Below, piece by piece: positions 13,020 to 26,000 of a stretch of 64,000 nt of DNA (its first letter is position 1; the number at the start of each line of letters is the position of its first letter). Under the pieces are notes generated by a model. It was not told the DNA's origin. It searched no databases and saw nothing but the letters and a program-made list of their open reading frames with translations. This DNA is from Octopus vulgaris. Lineage: Eukaryota. Location of the stretch: positions 128,092,001-128,156,000 of the forward strand of contig OX597818.1 in assembly GCA_951406725.2 (NCBI GenBank). The letters run 5' to 3'. The translations under genes were made by a program, and so were the position numbers.

Positions 13020-13252
13020 ATATATACCGGAGTAAACACATAAATGTGAAACAAGGAGGAAAAAAGTACTCAAATACCAGTGGTAGAGTAATATGCTTTA
13101 TTTAAAGCAGCAGAAAATTCAACAAAAACTGTTACTCTGAGTTTCTCGTTGCCGTTCATCAGACAGTTTTTGCTAGAAAAATGTCTGATGAACGGCAACG
13201 AGAAATTCAGAGTAACAGATTTTGTTGAATTTTCTGCTGCTTTAAATAAAGT
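13020..13252. mobile_element. Penelope-type inverted terminal repeat fragment (palindrome 13097-13251)
   Basis: About 70-bp inverted arms in a (TA)-rich context; same family at 17466-17612; carries hammerhead motifs. Confidence 0.6.
13123..13172 (-). ncRNA. Minimal type I hammerhead ribozyme motif
   Basis: Minus strand: caaaaactgt-CTGATGA-aCG gcaa CGa-GAAA-ctc a gag-TA-acagtttttg; 10-bp perfect stem I, intact core. Confidence 0.6.
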
Positions 13253-13313
13253 ATGAATATATATATGTATATTTATGAATGTATCTATCAGTGTGTGTGT
13301 GTGTGTGTGTGTG

Positions 13314-13345
<32 letters not shown>

Positions 13346-13530
13346 TGTATGTATGTATGTATGTATGTATGTATGTATATATGTATAATGTGTTGCATTT
13401 AAGAAAGAGAAAGAGTAGAGCGAGGTACGATTGGCAAAATATAGTAATCACGTGATTACATCAGCTGCTGAAGCAAATGCAATAATAAACTCCAGTGAGT
13501 AAAAACAAAATATAAAAATAAGGTGTTATC

Positions 13531-13531
13531 T

Positions 13532-13569
<38 letters not shown>

Positions 13570-13604
13570 GGTGGTGGTGGTAATGGTGGTGGCGGTGGTG
13601 GTGT

Positions 13605-13640
<36 letters not shown>

Positions 13641-13900
13641 TAGTCGCAGCAGCAGCAGCAGCTGTGGTGATAACAGCAGTGGTTATATAACAGCAGCAGC
13701 TGAAATAGTAGTAGTAGTAGTAGTAGTGGTAGTAGTAGTAGTAGTAGTAGTGACTTAGCTGAAACAATAATAATAGCAACGATTCAGGATATTAACCACG
13801 ACGACGACGACGACAACGACAACATATCGTCATCATTACAACCTTCACTATCACCGCCTCTACCACCACCACTTCCACCACCACCTCCAACTCCTCCACC
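13531..13900. repeat. Compound trinucleotide microsatellites (TAG, GTG, CAG, CGA, CAC)
   Basis: Direct inspection. Confidence 0.9.
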
Positions 13901-13960
13901 TCCATCAACATCGTCATCGATACGTTTTAATTACAAAGATTGTAAAGTACATCCAGTGAA

Positions 13961-14086
13961 TTGTGGTTCAGTTCAATTCAATCGCATAGAATAGGCGGTG
14001 GCTGATAAAAAGTTAACTTATACAAACAGTGGAAGAAGGAATTGGCATTTGACACTTATTACTGCAAGATCACCAACGCTGTCGAG
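13961..14086 (+). promoter_or_regulatory. Candidate IDH1 core promoter / 5' UTR
   Basis: Unique sequence between microsatellites with an initiator-like TCAGTT at 13968-13973; TSS not verifiable from sequence. Confidence 0.3.
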
Positions 14087-14102
14087 ATGACAAAAATCAA
14101 AG
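14087..14102 (+). CDS. IDH1: IDH1 coding exon 1 (MTKIK-G)
   Basis: ATG ACA AAA ATC AAA G|gtaaat; phase 1 matches exon 2 and gives an N-terminus like human MSKKISGG. Confidence 0.8.
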
Positions 14103-14106
14103 GTAA

Positions 14107-14178
<72 letters not shown>

Positions 14179-14191
14179 GTCTATCTGTCTA

Positions 14192-14274
<83 letters not shown>

Positions 14275-15219
14275 GTCTATCTATCTGTCTATCTGCCTGT
14301 CTATATGTGCGTGCGTATGTATGTATTTATGTGTGTATGTATTTATGTATGTATGTATGTATGTATTCATGTATGTATGTATGTATTCATGTATGTATGT
14401 ATGTATGTATGTATGTATGTGTGTATGTGTGTATGTATTTATGTATGTATGTATGTATGTATGTATGTATATATGTACGTATGTATGTATGTATGCACGT
14501 ATGTATGCATGTATGCACGTATGTATGTATGTATGTATGTATGTATGTATGTATGGAAGTGTGTATATCACTGCTAGTATAACGTATACATTGTGTACAT
14601 TCCTGCTTTGACTGATATGTTTATGTGTGTGTGTGTGTCTGTGTGCGTGCGTGGTATCTTTTGTGTAAATTGCTTGGCGAATCTATCATTTGATAAAAAC
14701 TTTTATTTTTTAATAAAAAGAGTCCATGTTATAGCCATATGTAATGGATAAATATATATAATGGACATATTTACATTATCCATTTTATATTTACTTTTGG
14801 TTTTAAAATATTCTTATGAATGATATATTGCACACGCACGCGCGCGCACACTCATTTATGTGTGTGTGTATGTATATATATATATATATGTATGTATGTA
14901 TATATATATATATATATAATTAATTAAGGGTAGAAATTGATATTTATCAATTAAAACCAGTGGTCTAGCATATTAAAAAAGAATCCGAAGATTAAAATAT
15001 TTATATATACCAATTAAGGACTGAACACGAAAAGTGGACAGTCAACATGCTAGATATAGACGTCAAATCGCCATTCTCCACAAAATATTATGTTCTCAAA
15101 TCAAACTCAGTTTTGTGCTGAGTTTGATTTGAGAACATAATCTTTTGTGGAGAATGGCGATTTGACGTCTATATCTAGCATGTTGACTGTCCACTTTTCG
15201 TGTTCAGTCCTTAATTGGT

Positions 15220-15286
<67 letters not shown>

Positions 15287-15679
15287 GTAAACGCACACAC
15301 GCTCAAAATCTATTTTTGACGCTTTACTATAATTAGCAGACGTCTCAAATAGTGTGTGTTATAACAAATGACACAAATGAATATTGTAAAACCACGATTT
15401 ATGTTTATCATTTTCCAAATTTCTTTTCCGGCTTTTCATTGTTCCCTTTTTTCTTTTCTTTTTTTTAGGTGGTCCGGTGGTGGAGATGCAAGGTGACGAA
15501 ATGACCAGGTTTGTGATTAACAACCACCCAACATCCATCCGTGCGCGTGTGTGTGTGTGTGTGTTTGTGCGTCTGCAGGCAGGACAATATAATTTTTTCA
15601 TATATACCTTTGCTTGTCTTGTGTGCATAAGTGTATATGAGTGCGTGTCAATTTATTTGGTGAACGTTTGTTTTAACCG

Positions 15680-15729
<50 letters not shown>

Positions 15730-15824
15730 GTGTGTATATTAAAAATCCTAAAATCCTTAGTGTACATATAAGTGTATGTACATAAGTGTATGTAAATTTA
15801 TTTGGTGAACGTTTGTTTTAACCG

Positions 15825-15912
<88 letters not shown>

Positions 15913-16334
15913 GTGTGTATATTAAAAAATCCTAAAATCCTGCTGGGGGCGTTCCACGATCTGTCTGTGTGTGTATGTACTTTTGTACATGTCAATTTAT
16001 GAGTGCTTGTACAAGTGTCATATTTTGTGTGGTTATATATTGTTCGTGAATATGTGTATATCCTAATGATTTACACACCCGTCCGTCTTAAAGGCCACGT
16101 TCTGTCTCCTACCTGGCCGTCTTGCTATATTTCTCCTTACAATCCCTTTGTCTGTCCTTGTTTGTCCCCTCTATGTTTAGCCCCTTGTGGGTAGTAAAGA
16201 AATATATATTTCTCCTTACACCCTTTCTCTGTGTGTGTGTGTTTTCTGTGTTTACTTTCTATCTCATTCGCACTTCAGTGTCCCACCCGTTCTCTCTGTA
16301 ATTCATACATTTTTTTTGCACTCTTATTCTTTCC

Positions 16335-16412
<78 letters not shown>

Positions 16413-17828
16413 CTCTCTCTTAATCGAGAATGTAAAAAAGGAGAAAGCAAAGTCTTCAGTGTGAGTACGTGGTTTGTGGGGTCAACCGCGTCCTCCGCTT
16501 CATTTTTTTGTTATTCACTCATTCTCATTTAATTGTATATATTTTAATTGTTTGTTTATTCATACGTTTCGTCTCATTCGATACCCTGACCCCAGCGTTT
16601 GTTTTGTCCCCTCTTTTTCTCAATCTTATGGTGAATAAAGAAATACTCTCTCTCTCCCTCCCCCCTTTCTCTCTCTCTCACACACGCACACACTATAGTG
16701 CCTTTTTGATCAAGATACGAAGGTAATCAATACAAAAAACTCCGAGTAGCGACTCGGCTTCGAATTAATGTTATTTCATTCTACTTTACAGTACTGACCA
16801 GTTTCATCCCACTATAACTCTCTACTGAAATAAAATTGTTCAGTCTTTGGGAAGAGTTTCACACACATCGTGCGCTCGCTTATGTATAAACATGGGTATT
16901 TTACATACAGATAAAAATCATATCTTGAGGCCAGAAATTACTTGAGATTGAACCTTTAACAATCATTAACCTATAAAGCTCAAATGTGTACTGCTCCCAT
17001 AGCCGGGATAATTCTGTTGCTACACAATCAGAAATCCTCGAGAATATCCAAAAGAAAAAAGTTGCTCATACGCCAACGTCTGGTTTACAGATGAGCAGTG
17101 TCCTCTCTCTGCCCCTGCAGAGCTGCTTCAGTGGCTTCTACTCCGAGGAGCTAGATATTATCGTGAGGTTGGCTTGGTTTTGTGCAATTTGGAGCTGATA
17201 AATCATCATCATCATCATCGTTTAACGTCCGCTTTCCATTCTTTCATGAGTTGGACAGTTTGACATGGAGCAGGGAGCTATCCAGACTACAGCTGTCTGT
17301 TGAGGCATGGTTTCAACGGCTGGATGCCCTTCCTAACGTGCACTACTTAAGAGAGTGTGCTGGGTACTTTTTACATGTCACCAACACAGGTATGTTTGTG
17401 CAGCACCAGTATGGGTGCTTTTTAAGTGGCACCTGAAGACATATGTATATATATATATATGTATACTTTATTTAAAGCAGCAGAAAATTCAGCAAAACCT
17501 GTAACAGGTTTTGTTGAATTTTCTGCTGCTTTAAATAAAGCATATCACTCTACCACTGGTATGTGAGTACTCTTTTTTCCACCTTGTTTCACATTTATGT
17601 GTTTACTCCGGTATATATATATATGTATATATATATCATCATCATCATCATCGTTTAACGTCCGTTTTCTGCGCTAGCACGGGTTGGACGGTTCGACCGG
17701 GGTCTGGGAAGCCAGGGGCTGCACCAGGCTCCAGTCTGATCTGGCAGTGTTTCTACAGCTGGATGCCCTTCCTAACGCCAACCACTCCACGAGTGTAGTG
17801 AGTGCTTTTTATGTGCCACCTGCACAGG

Positions 17829-17874
<46 letters not shown>

Positions 17875-18908
17875 ATAAATACATGCATGTACACACATAT
17901 TATATATATACATGAAGATATATTTTGTTGGCTGCATGAATAATAACTGAAGCATACTTACAAACATTTAACTGAAATATTTATTGCTGAACTATAAAGG
18001 TATTGGTGTTGGCTGTTTACAATAAATGATGTAAATATTTGCTGACTGGGTGAGAGAAGAAAGTGCTGCATCAGCAGAAGTTACTAATAAGACATTGTGT
18101 GAATGTCCAGTGATATATCACTAGTCTCAATGCATTTTGCATCATGTTAGCTTTCAAATGATGCCATCCTGCTGACTAGGCAAACAAGCCAACATTCCCC
18201 CTGATTGGAAGGATACTCCATTGCATGGTTACCCTTAACCCTTTTGATACCAACCTGCCTGAAACCACCTCGTGTTCTATGACATAGACTTACTGTTTTA
18301 AAGTACTCTAAATTGTAATCGTTTATTAAAATCTTATGCTAATTTCCAGACCCCAGGTTAATGATAAGAAAGTTATTTTATTATTAAATTCTTCATTATT
18401 TTAAAAGTTAATTGAAACAAAGCTAACTTATGTTAAACTGAAATATGGTAACAAAAGTGTTAACAACTGAGGTGGACTGAATTAACTTGAAATGATGTGT
18501 TTTGCTCAAGAGCAGGGCATGCCGTTCTGTCTGGAAATCGAACCCATGTTCTAGCAATTATTAGTGCAACACCCTAACCACTAAATCACATGGCTTCACA
18601 TGGTTTTATATATATATATAAAAGCATGTGAAGCCATGTGATTTAGTGGTTAGGGTGTTGCACTAATAATTGCTAGAACATGAGTTAGAACATGTGATCT
18701 CTTGAGCACCACCAGCTCAAATATTTTCTCCTCTGTCTTCCCTCCTTGGGATCTTTCCTTCTCCTTGTTTCCGACGAAGAGCTCCGCTCGAAACGTTAAA
18801 CCCTCCTTCCCTTCTTTCCTGAGCGTCAATAATACTTTAATTGTTCCACGTCCTGCATTGCTGTGTTTTTTTCTCTTTTTTTCTGTGTTTTCTTGTTTGG
18901 ATTAACTT

Positions 18909-18939
<31 letters not shown>

Positions 18940-21299
18940 TTATACTAAAATCAATAGAAATTAGCTGCAGCTGTTTTTCTATGTTAGAGAATGTAGAACT
19001 GCTGTCACTCATTAATTTCTCTCTTGTCAACTTTAGCTTGAAGAAGGACTCTGTTGAAAATGTTGGATTTTCCACTCCTCATAGCAAATTCACTATACTC
19101 TTTTTTATTGATTTTATTAAATACAAATCTTGCTGATACAGATCACCTGCAGTCATTTTGGTTTCTGTATGATTGTAAATATGTATATATGTACATACAC
19201 ACACAAGATCTTAAGATGTTGAGTCTCACACATTTGATGACCAGTGACTTGTTGACGATTTGCTGTGCTTGAGAAGGTCCATCACGCTTAGTGAAATTAT
19301 AGTTGTAGCCTGGTGACATGTAAAAGGCACCTGTGCAGGTGATATGTAGATGGCACTGGTGCCAGTGACACGATAAATTTACCTGTGCTGGTGACATGTT
19401 AAAAGCACCTGGTACACTCTGAGGAGTTTTTGGCTTTTGGAAGGGCATCCAGCCATAGAAGCTGAACCAAAACAGACTGGAGCCTGGTGTAGCTCTCTGG
19501 CTTACCAGTTCCAGTCAAACCGTCTAACTCATGCCGGCATGGAAAATGAATCCTAAGTGATGATGATGATGATATATATATATATATTCATATATAATAG
19601 AGAGAGTGGGAAAGAGAGAGAGAGAGCTAATGAAGATCATTATATAATTTCTTGTTCCCTTGTCATTTATCTAATTTTTTATTATGTTCTGTACTTGGTT
19701 AAGGCTTCTTTCTGAAGCTTATATCTGTTGAGTTCTAATACCGGGTTATTAGTATCACTATGATTGGTCAAAATATTAAAAGATGTATGTATGTATGTAT
19801 GTATACTCTTTACTCTTTTACTTGTTTCAATCATCTGACTGTGGCCATGCTGGAGCACCGCCTTTAATCGAGCAACTCGACCCCGGGACTTATTCTTTTG
19901 TAAGCCCAGTACTTATTCTATCGGTCTCTTTTGCCGAACCACTAAGTAACTGGGACGTAAACACACCAGCATCGGTTGTCAAGCAATGCTAGGGGGACAA
20001 ACACACACACACACACATATATATATACATATATACGACAGGCTTCTTTCAGTTTCCGTCTACCAAATCCACTCACAAGGCATTGGTCGGCCCGGGGCTA
20101 TAGTAGAAGACACTTGTCCAAGGTGCCACGCAGTGGGACTGAACCCGGAACCATGTGGTTGGTAAACAAGCTACTTACCACACAGCCACTCTTGTGCCTA
20201 TGTATGTATGTATGTATGGATGGATGGATGTTGAGAAAACAGAAAATATAGTCAACATTAATGCTTAAAGGTAAGGTAAAGTTATTTTTTCGAGTCATGC
20301 TGACTCATAAGGGCTGATTTTCCAGTTTCATGGCGTTTAGATTCCCCAACTGGACAGTACTTATTTTTGCCAGCTGAGTGGACTGGGGCAATGTGAAATG
20401 AAGTGTTTTGCCCAAGAAACACAACATGTTGCCCAGTCCAGGAATCGAAACTACAATCTTCTGATCATGAGTCCAATACCCTAACCACTAAGTTACATGT
20501 CTCCACCATGCTTTATATGATGTACACATGTTTCATGAAATTGGCAGAGAGTAATTATGTGAGCAATAAAACCCATTTAAGTGAACAAAAGCTGTCAGTC
20601 CTATTCACTGGCATTAATCAGCAAAAATACAATATGAAAAAAAAACTGAAATTTTCATATAGACATGTGTGCAAATAAGAACAGCAGGATTAATATCTGA
20701 TGATAGAGTTGAAGGGGAAGGAAGGGAGCAGGTAAAAAAGTATTAGAGAGAGACTACTTATGTTTTTTGATAGGATATTAAAAAACTGTTGTCCTTTGAA
20801 CCCTAAGTTATTGATTGCTCTTAACCCCTTACCCGGCAGAAACGAATATATGCGTTTTGACCGAAATGGTTTTTTTCTATCTCTGGCGAGTTAACTCGTC
20901 AAAAGATAGACTCGCCAAAATCTGTCTGAATTAAAACAATTAAAAAATATGTCTGAAAAAATACATTTATTTTCAAAATAATTGTTGGGTAAGGGGTTAA
21001 ATCTGGATGGAGCTAATGGGGCCTTTGCTTCTCTGCAGTGGTGCCCAGTTCAAGCATTTGCATAATTCAGAGATATACATAATTACTTGAACAACTTATA
21101 GTTTTTTTCTTATTTATATTTTCATTTCAAATCATTGGTTTGTTCTGTTTGACAAGTATATTGGTATAAATTTGTAGTTCATTGCTCTATTTCTCCTTTA
21201 ATTAAAACCAAACAATATATATGTGTGTATATACATACATACATACATACATACATACATACATACATACATACATACATACATACATACATACATACA

Positions 21300-21333
<34 letters not shown>

Positions 21334-21403
21334 CATACATGCATGCATGCATGCATACATACATGCATGCATACATACATACATACATACATACATACAT
21401 ACA

Positions 21404-21435
<32 letters not shown>

Positions 21436-22987
21436 CAGGGTGTGATGGTTAAATTGTCGCTATTTTATATTTTTAATTCCGTACACACACATTGCCTCTT
21501 TTTTGATTTTGTCAATTACACAGTATAGTAGGATCAGTTGGGCACTGTCTGTGAGAAAAACAGTACCATAACACAATTTCCTCTTCCAAAAATTTTGAAA
21601 CGCCATACTGTACTGCTTGGCATTCGCAGCAGTAGCTCCAATAGGAACATTTCAGAGTGTTTGGGTGTCAATCTGAGGACAGTGCAGAGTGTTTGGAAAG
21701 ATTTGAATGAGTCTAATGGTGATTATGAAGGTATGGCAGCTCAGAAAACTCACTCTAATCATTCTGATAAGAAAAGAGCTCCTGAATTTGTTGGTGAGAT
21801 CCAGGCCATGATTGACAACGATCCCTCCAAGTCAATGAGGTCCATTGCCAGGGATATGGGAGTGTCCGAGTTTCTTATCAGGCAGGTAGTGCATGAAGAC
21901 ATTTGGTATTCCTCATACAAGATGAGAAAGGATCAATTTTTATCCCAAGCCATCAAGGACAAGAGGAAAGACTGCACTACAAAGCTTTTGAACAAACTCA
22001 AGCATCCCCTCCAACTGAGTGTGCTTTAATTTTTCTTATCTAAGAAAAATTTCTTCCAGGATCAGATGGTGAACACACAGAACAACCGTTGGCTTGCTGT
22101 GTCCCCCAAACATGTACCGAGAATGATAAAAATCAAATGAAGTGTCAACATCATGTTGTTTGGAGTGATTACTAGTGATGGTGACATTATGCTTCCATTC
22201 ATCTTCCCACACGGCCTCAGGCTCAACACAGAGGCCTACGTCAAGTGCCTGGGTCATGAGTGGGGGCTGCTGGAAGACCCTATGTCTGGCAACAGGACTC
22301 TGAACCATGTCACACAAGCAGGAGAACCCAATCTTGGCTGTCACACAATTTCTGTGACCACATCACCCCTAACATCTGGCTACCTAATTCCTCAGACTGC
22401 AAACCCCTTGATTATTATTATGTGTGGGGTGCAGTTGAGCAAGAGACAAACTAAACTCCTTGTGACACCAAAGATCAACTGAAGGCAAGGATTATGGCAG
22501 CATTCACCAACTTAAACAAGGAGAACATCCAGAAGAGTTGCTGGAGATTCTGAAGTTGTCTGGAGGCTGCGGTTAAAGCCAATGGCAATTTTATTGAAGA
22601 AATTTACTCTTTAGTATTAAAAAAAAAATTTTATGTAATTTTGGTAATTTTGTTAAAATGAGATGATGTCAGTGTCATTTTCATTTTTGTATAATTTAGA
22701 TTACAATTTATGCACTGCACCCTGTGTTTGTGTGTGTGTATGAATGGATTTGGTTAAAAAGAGACGATGAGCGATGGCTAGAAGTATATTGAGTTCATCA
22801 TAACCAGCTGATCTAGCAAGCGGGGCCTCATATCAGTGAGGGGGGCCGGTGCGCATTGATGCCGTCGAGAGGTAGGCCCCGAAACGGCGCGCATTCTCTC
22901 CTGATGACCCCATACACTTGCTAGCTTCCGATATACGGAGCTTTTAACTGGTAGCACTTGCATGTGCAAGTTGTTTGCAAGATATCT

Positions 22988-23020
<33 letters not shown>

Positions 23021-26000
23021 AGAGAGACACAAAAAGGGAAACAGTTAGGTAGAAAAATAAATTGTTAGTTATGTATGTCAAGAGAAAAGGAATGAAATAA
23101 GTATGAGAATGAGAGAAACTCACACAGTGATAAGAGAAATGCTCTAATTATCATGAAGTTAAATTTTCTTGTGACAAGTTATAAAAAGGTTCAGCCAGAA
23201 CTATGACAACAGCAGCGATAGTAATAATGATGATATTTCTAATATAGGCACTAGGCCTGAAATTTGAGTAGTGGTGTGGTGGAAAACCTTAATCAATTCT
23301 ATTGACCTCAGCACTTGACTGGTACTTTATTTTATCAACTACTTTATTTTATCGACCTCAGAATATTGAAATGCAAAACTGACCTCAATAGTATTAGAAC
23401 TTAGAATGTAAAGAGCTGAAAGAAATGCCAATAAGCATTTTGAGTTCTATTCTAATGAGTCTATGAGCTCAATAATGATAATCCTTTCCACTTAGCCACA
23501 AGACCAGATAGGTACAAGCCCTGATTGGCATAAGACCTGATAGGCATAAGGGCTGAAGTTTTGGGGGAAGGGATCAATCAATTACATCACCCTGAGTACT
23601 CAAATAGTACTTATTTTATTGACTCTGAAAGGATGAAAGGCAAAGTTAACCTTGGTAGCACTTGAACTCAGAACATAAAACCGGAAGGAATGCTGCTAAG
23701 CATTTTGTCTGTTAATCTAACAATTTGATGAGCTCAATAATCATAATAATAACAACTCTCATTTTCATTTTATATTCACTTTCTATGTCAGCATGGGTTG
23801 GCCTGGTCATTGCTATTCAAATTAGTTTTTATTTAGAGTTGTTATCCTCATAGGGGAGTCAGGAACCACACCACATTCATACATACCATTTTTGACATGG
23901 TGCTATGGTTATACATCCTTTCCTACACCAACCACATAGTGTGAGGAAGGACATATATATCCAAGCATTTGATGTAAGTCAGTGCATTTGAAGTGATTTG
24001 GTGCATTTGATCATGTACCATCATTAAAGGGATTGCTCTTGTTCTTGACAGTCCTGAAGAGTTCTCTTTACCCTTTACTATCTTTGTTCATCTACCAACC
24101 ACTCAATAGTGTGTATTGGGTGTACTTTAATTGAACTCAAATTAATCAGACTCAAATTGCTGACAGCTAAAAATTTTGCTCAAGAACAATATGCCACAGT
24201 CTTATAAAGATCTGGCATATATACATTAAATGTTGACAAATTATTGTCAAATTATCAGTCCAATGGATATGACACAATATTTGTTTACCTAGTTTTGTCA
24301 GTTCATGGCAGTACTGTTTCAAATATCAGCAGCATATCAGATAATTGGCTTCTGTTCTAGTAACCACATTACTTTTTCTTCTTTCTCTCACTCTGAAACT
24401 AAGGGCAAAGCTGGGAATATTTGACTCTACAATCCTCCTGACAAATGAATTTATTGAAATCTCCTTATTTTTATAAATGAATTGTTATAGTTTACCTTCT
24501 TGTTAGGTCTGAGCAAGGTTACCTACTATCAAAGGTATTTCATCCACACTCATTAAAACTTTTCTTCAGTCATTGTGTATCAAGGGCTACATTATCCAAT
24601 GTGTTCTTGCTTTTAAGATGCTGGCATGTCAGTATGTATGAATGTGTACCCACCAATTTCTTTTCACGTTAAATTCCAATATCCACCTTCTCCTCAAGTT
24701 ATGACCTATGTGACTTATGACCATCCATACTTATGACCACAAAAAAGAAAGGAATAAAAAAACATTTCCTTATTTTCTCCAGCTGTTGCACATACAAAGA
24801 CTATGGCAGTATCTAGCAATGCAGGCCTTCCTCAGACCCAGATATCCATTGCCTGCCACTGTCTCTCATTCAGTCACTTTCAAGCATCAGTTGCATTTGA
24901 ATGAAAATAGTGTTGAAAAATATAAATCTGACATACAACCAGATCGACTTACGACCTGCCAATCGGAACATAACTTGGTCATAAGTCGAGGAGAAGGTGT
25001 AATTGAAATGTACACCATCTGAAAAGTATTTGTAGAAAATTTCATTAAAAATTACCCATTTTCTGCAAGTTTTGAAGAATCAAAATCAACTTGTGTGAAT
25101 TATTTGAAACTACTCTCCCCACCTCTGAAAAAGTTTTACCCACAAGTTCTGATATAATTGTAATCTACACCATCTGAAAGGTGTTTGTAGAACATTAAAA
25201 AAAATGTTCATTTTTCTGGAAGTCATGAGGAAACAAAGTTAGGTTGAGGGCATACTTGCATAGGTATGCCCTCATTATAATTTGAAGGAGATTTAGTTGA
25301 TATTTCTGGTTCAACATTCCCATCTGGTCCTTGAGTCTTTACTGGAGTCCACTCTTTGATTGCCTTTACTGGAGTTCACTCTGAATTCAGGTTAGCTCTG
25401 GGTCAACTTCTTCCTTTCCTTCCACCATTCTCAAAGGCTCTAAAAATACAGTTAGTCATGGATACTGCTCTTCCCATGACCAAATGATTAAAAACTCTAT
25501 GGATGAGAAACTGCATAGAGGCTCCATCATTGGCCTGTTCATAACTGATTTCATACTAAAGATAGCAAAATGGCAGAAGTGTCATCAGAGGAGGAATGTA
25601 TCTAGTACCAGTCATATACTGGGGTTGAATGAATCATGTGTTGTGATTATAGTTTTGATCATGTGACTTTGATTGTCTCGATTGCTGTTATTTGCCTGCA
25701 GTGCAACTGCGCAGAGTTCTGTTCTGTTTACGGCACAACGTGTACAGTGTTAGTTTTTAGTTAGTTGAGGGACTGTAGAAACTCGCTGCATAAAACTGTT
25801 ATTGCGTAGAAGTTTAGTTTTGCTTATAATTTAACAATCTTTGTTTGTATTGTAGATTACTGTATTTTCAGTTGATTAAAACCTTTTAAACTTAGATAAT
25901 CCAGTTTGGGTTTATAACATCATGTATATTCAATGCTAACAAACATGTGAGCTTGAGTCAATGTAAGAAATTATTGTATACAAGCAACGCCGGGTCATAG

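Noticed and set aside
14042-14611. 189-aa ORF overlapping IDH1 exon 1
   Set aside because: TTG start; it runs through the donor into microsatellite, and only MTKIKG is real
14087-15508. Mitochondrial IDH2 assignment
   Set aside because: No presequence, in-frame stop upstream of the ATG, and IDH1-type residues ([20 protein letters not shown])
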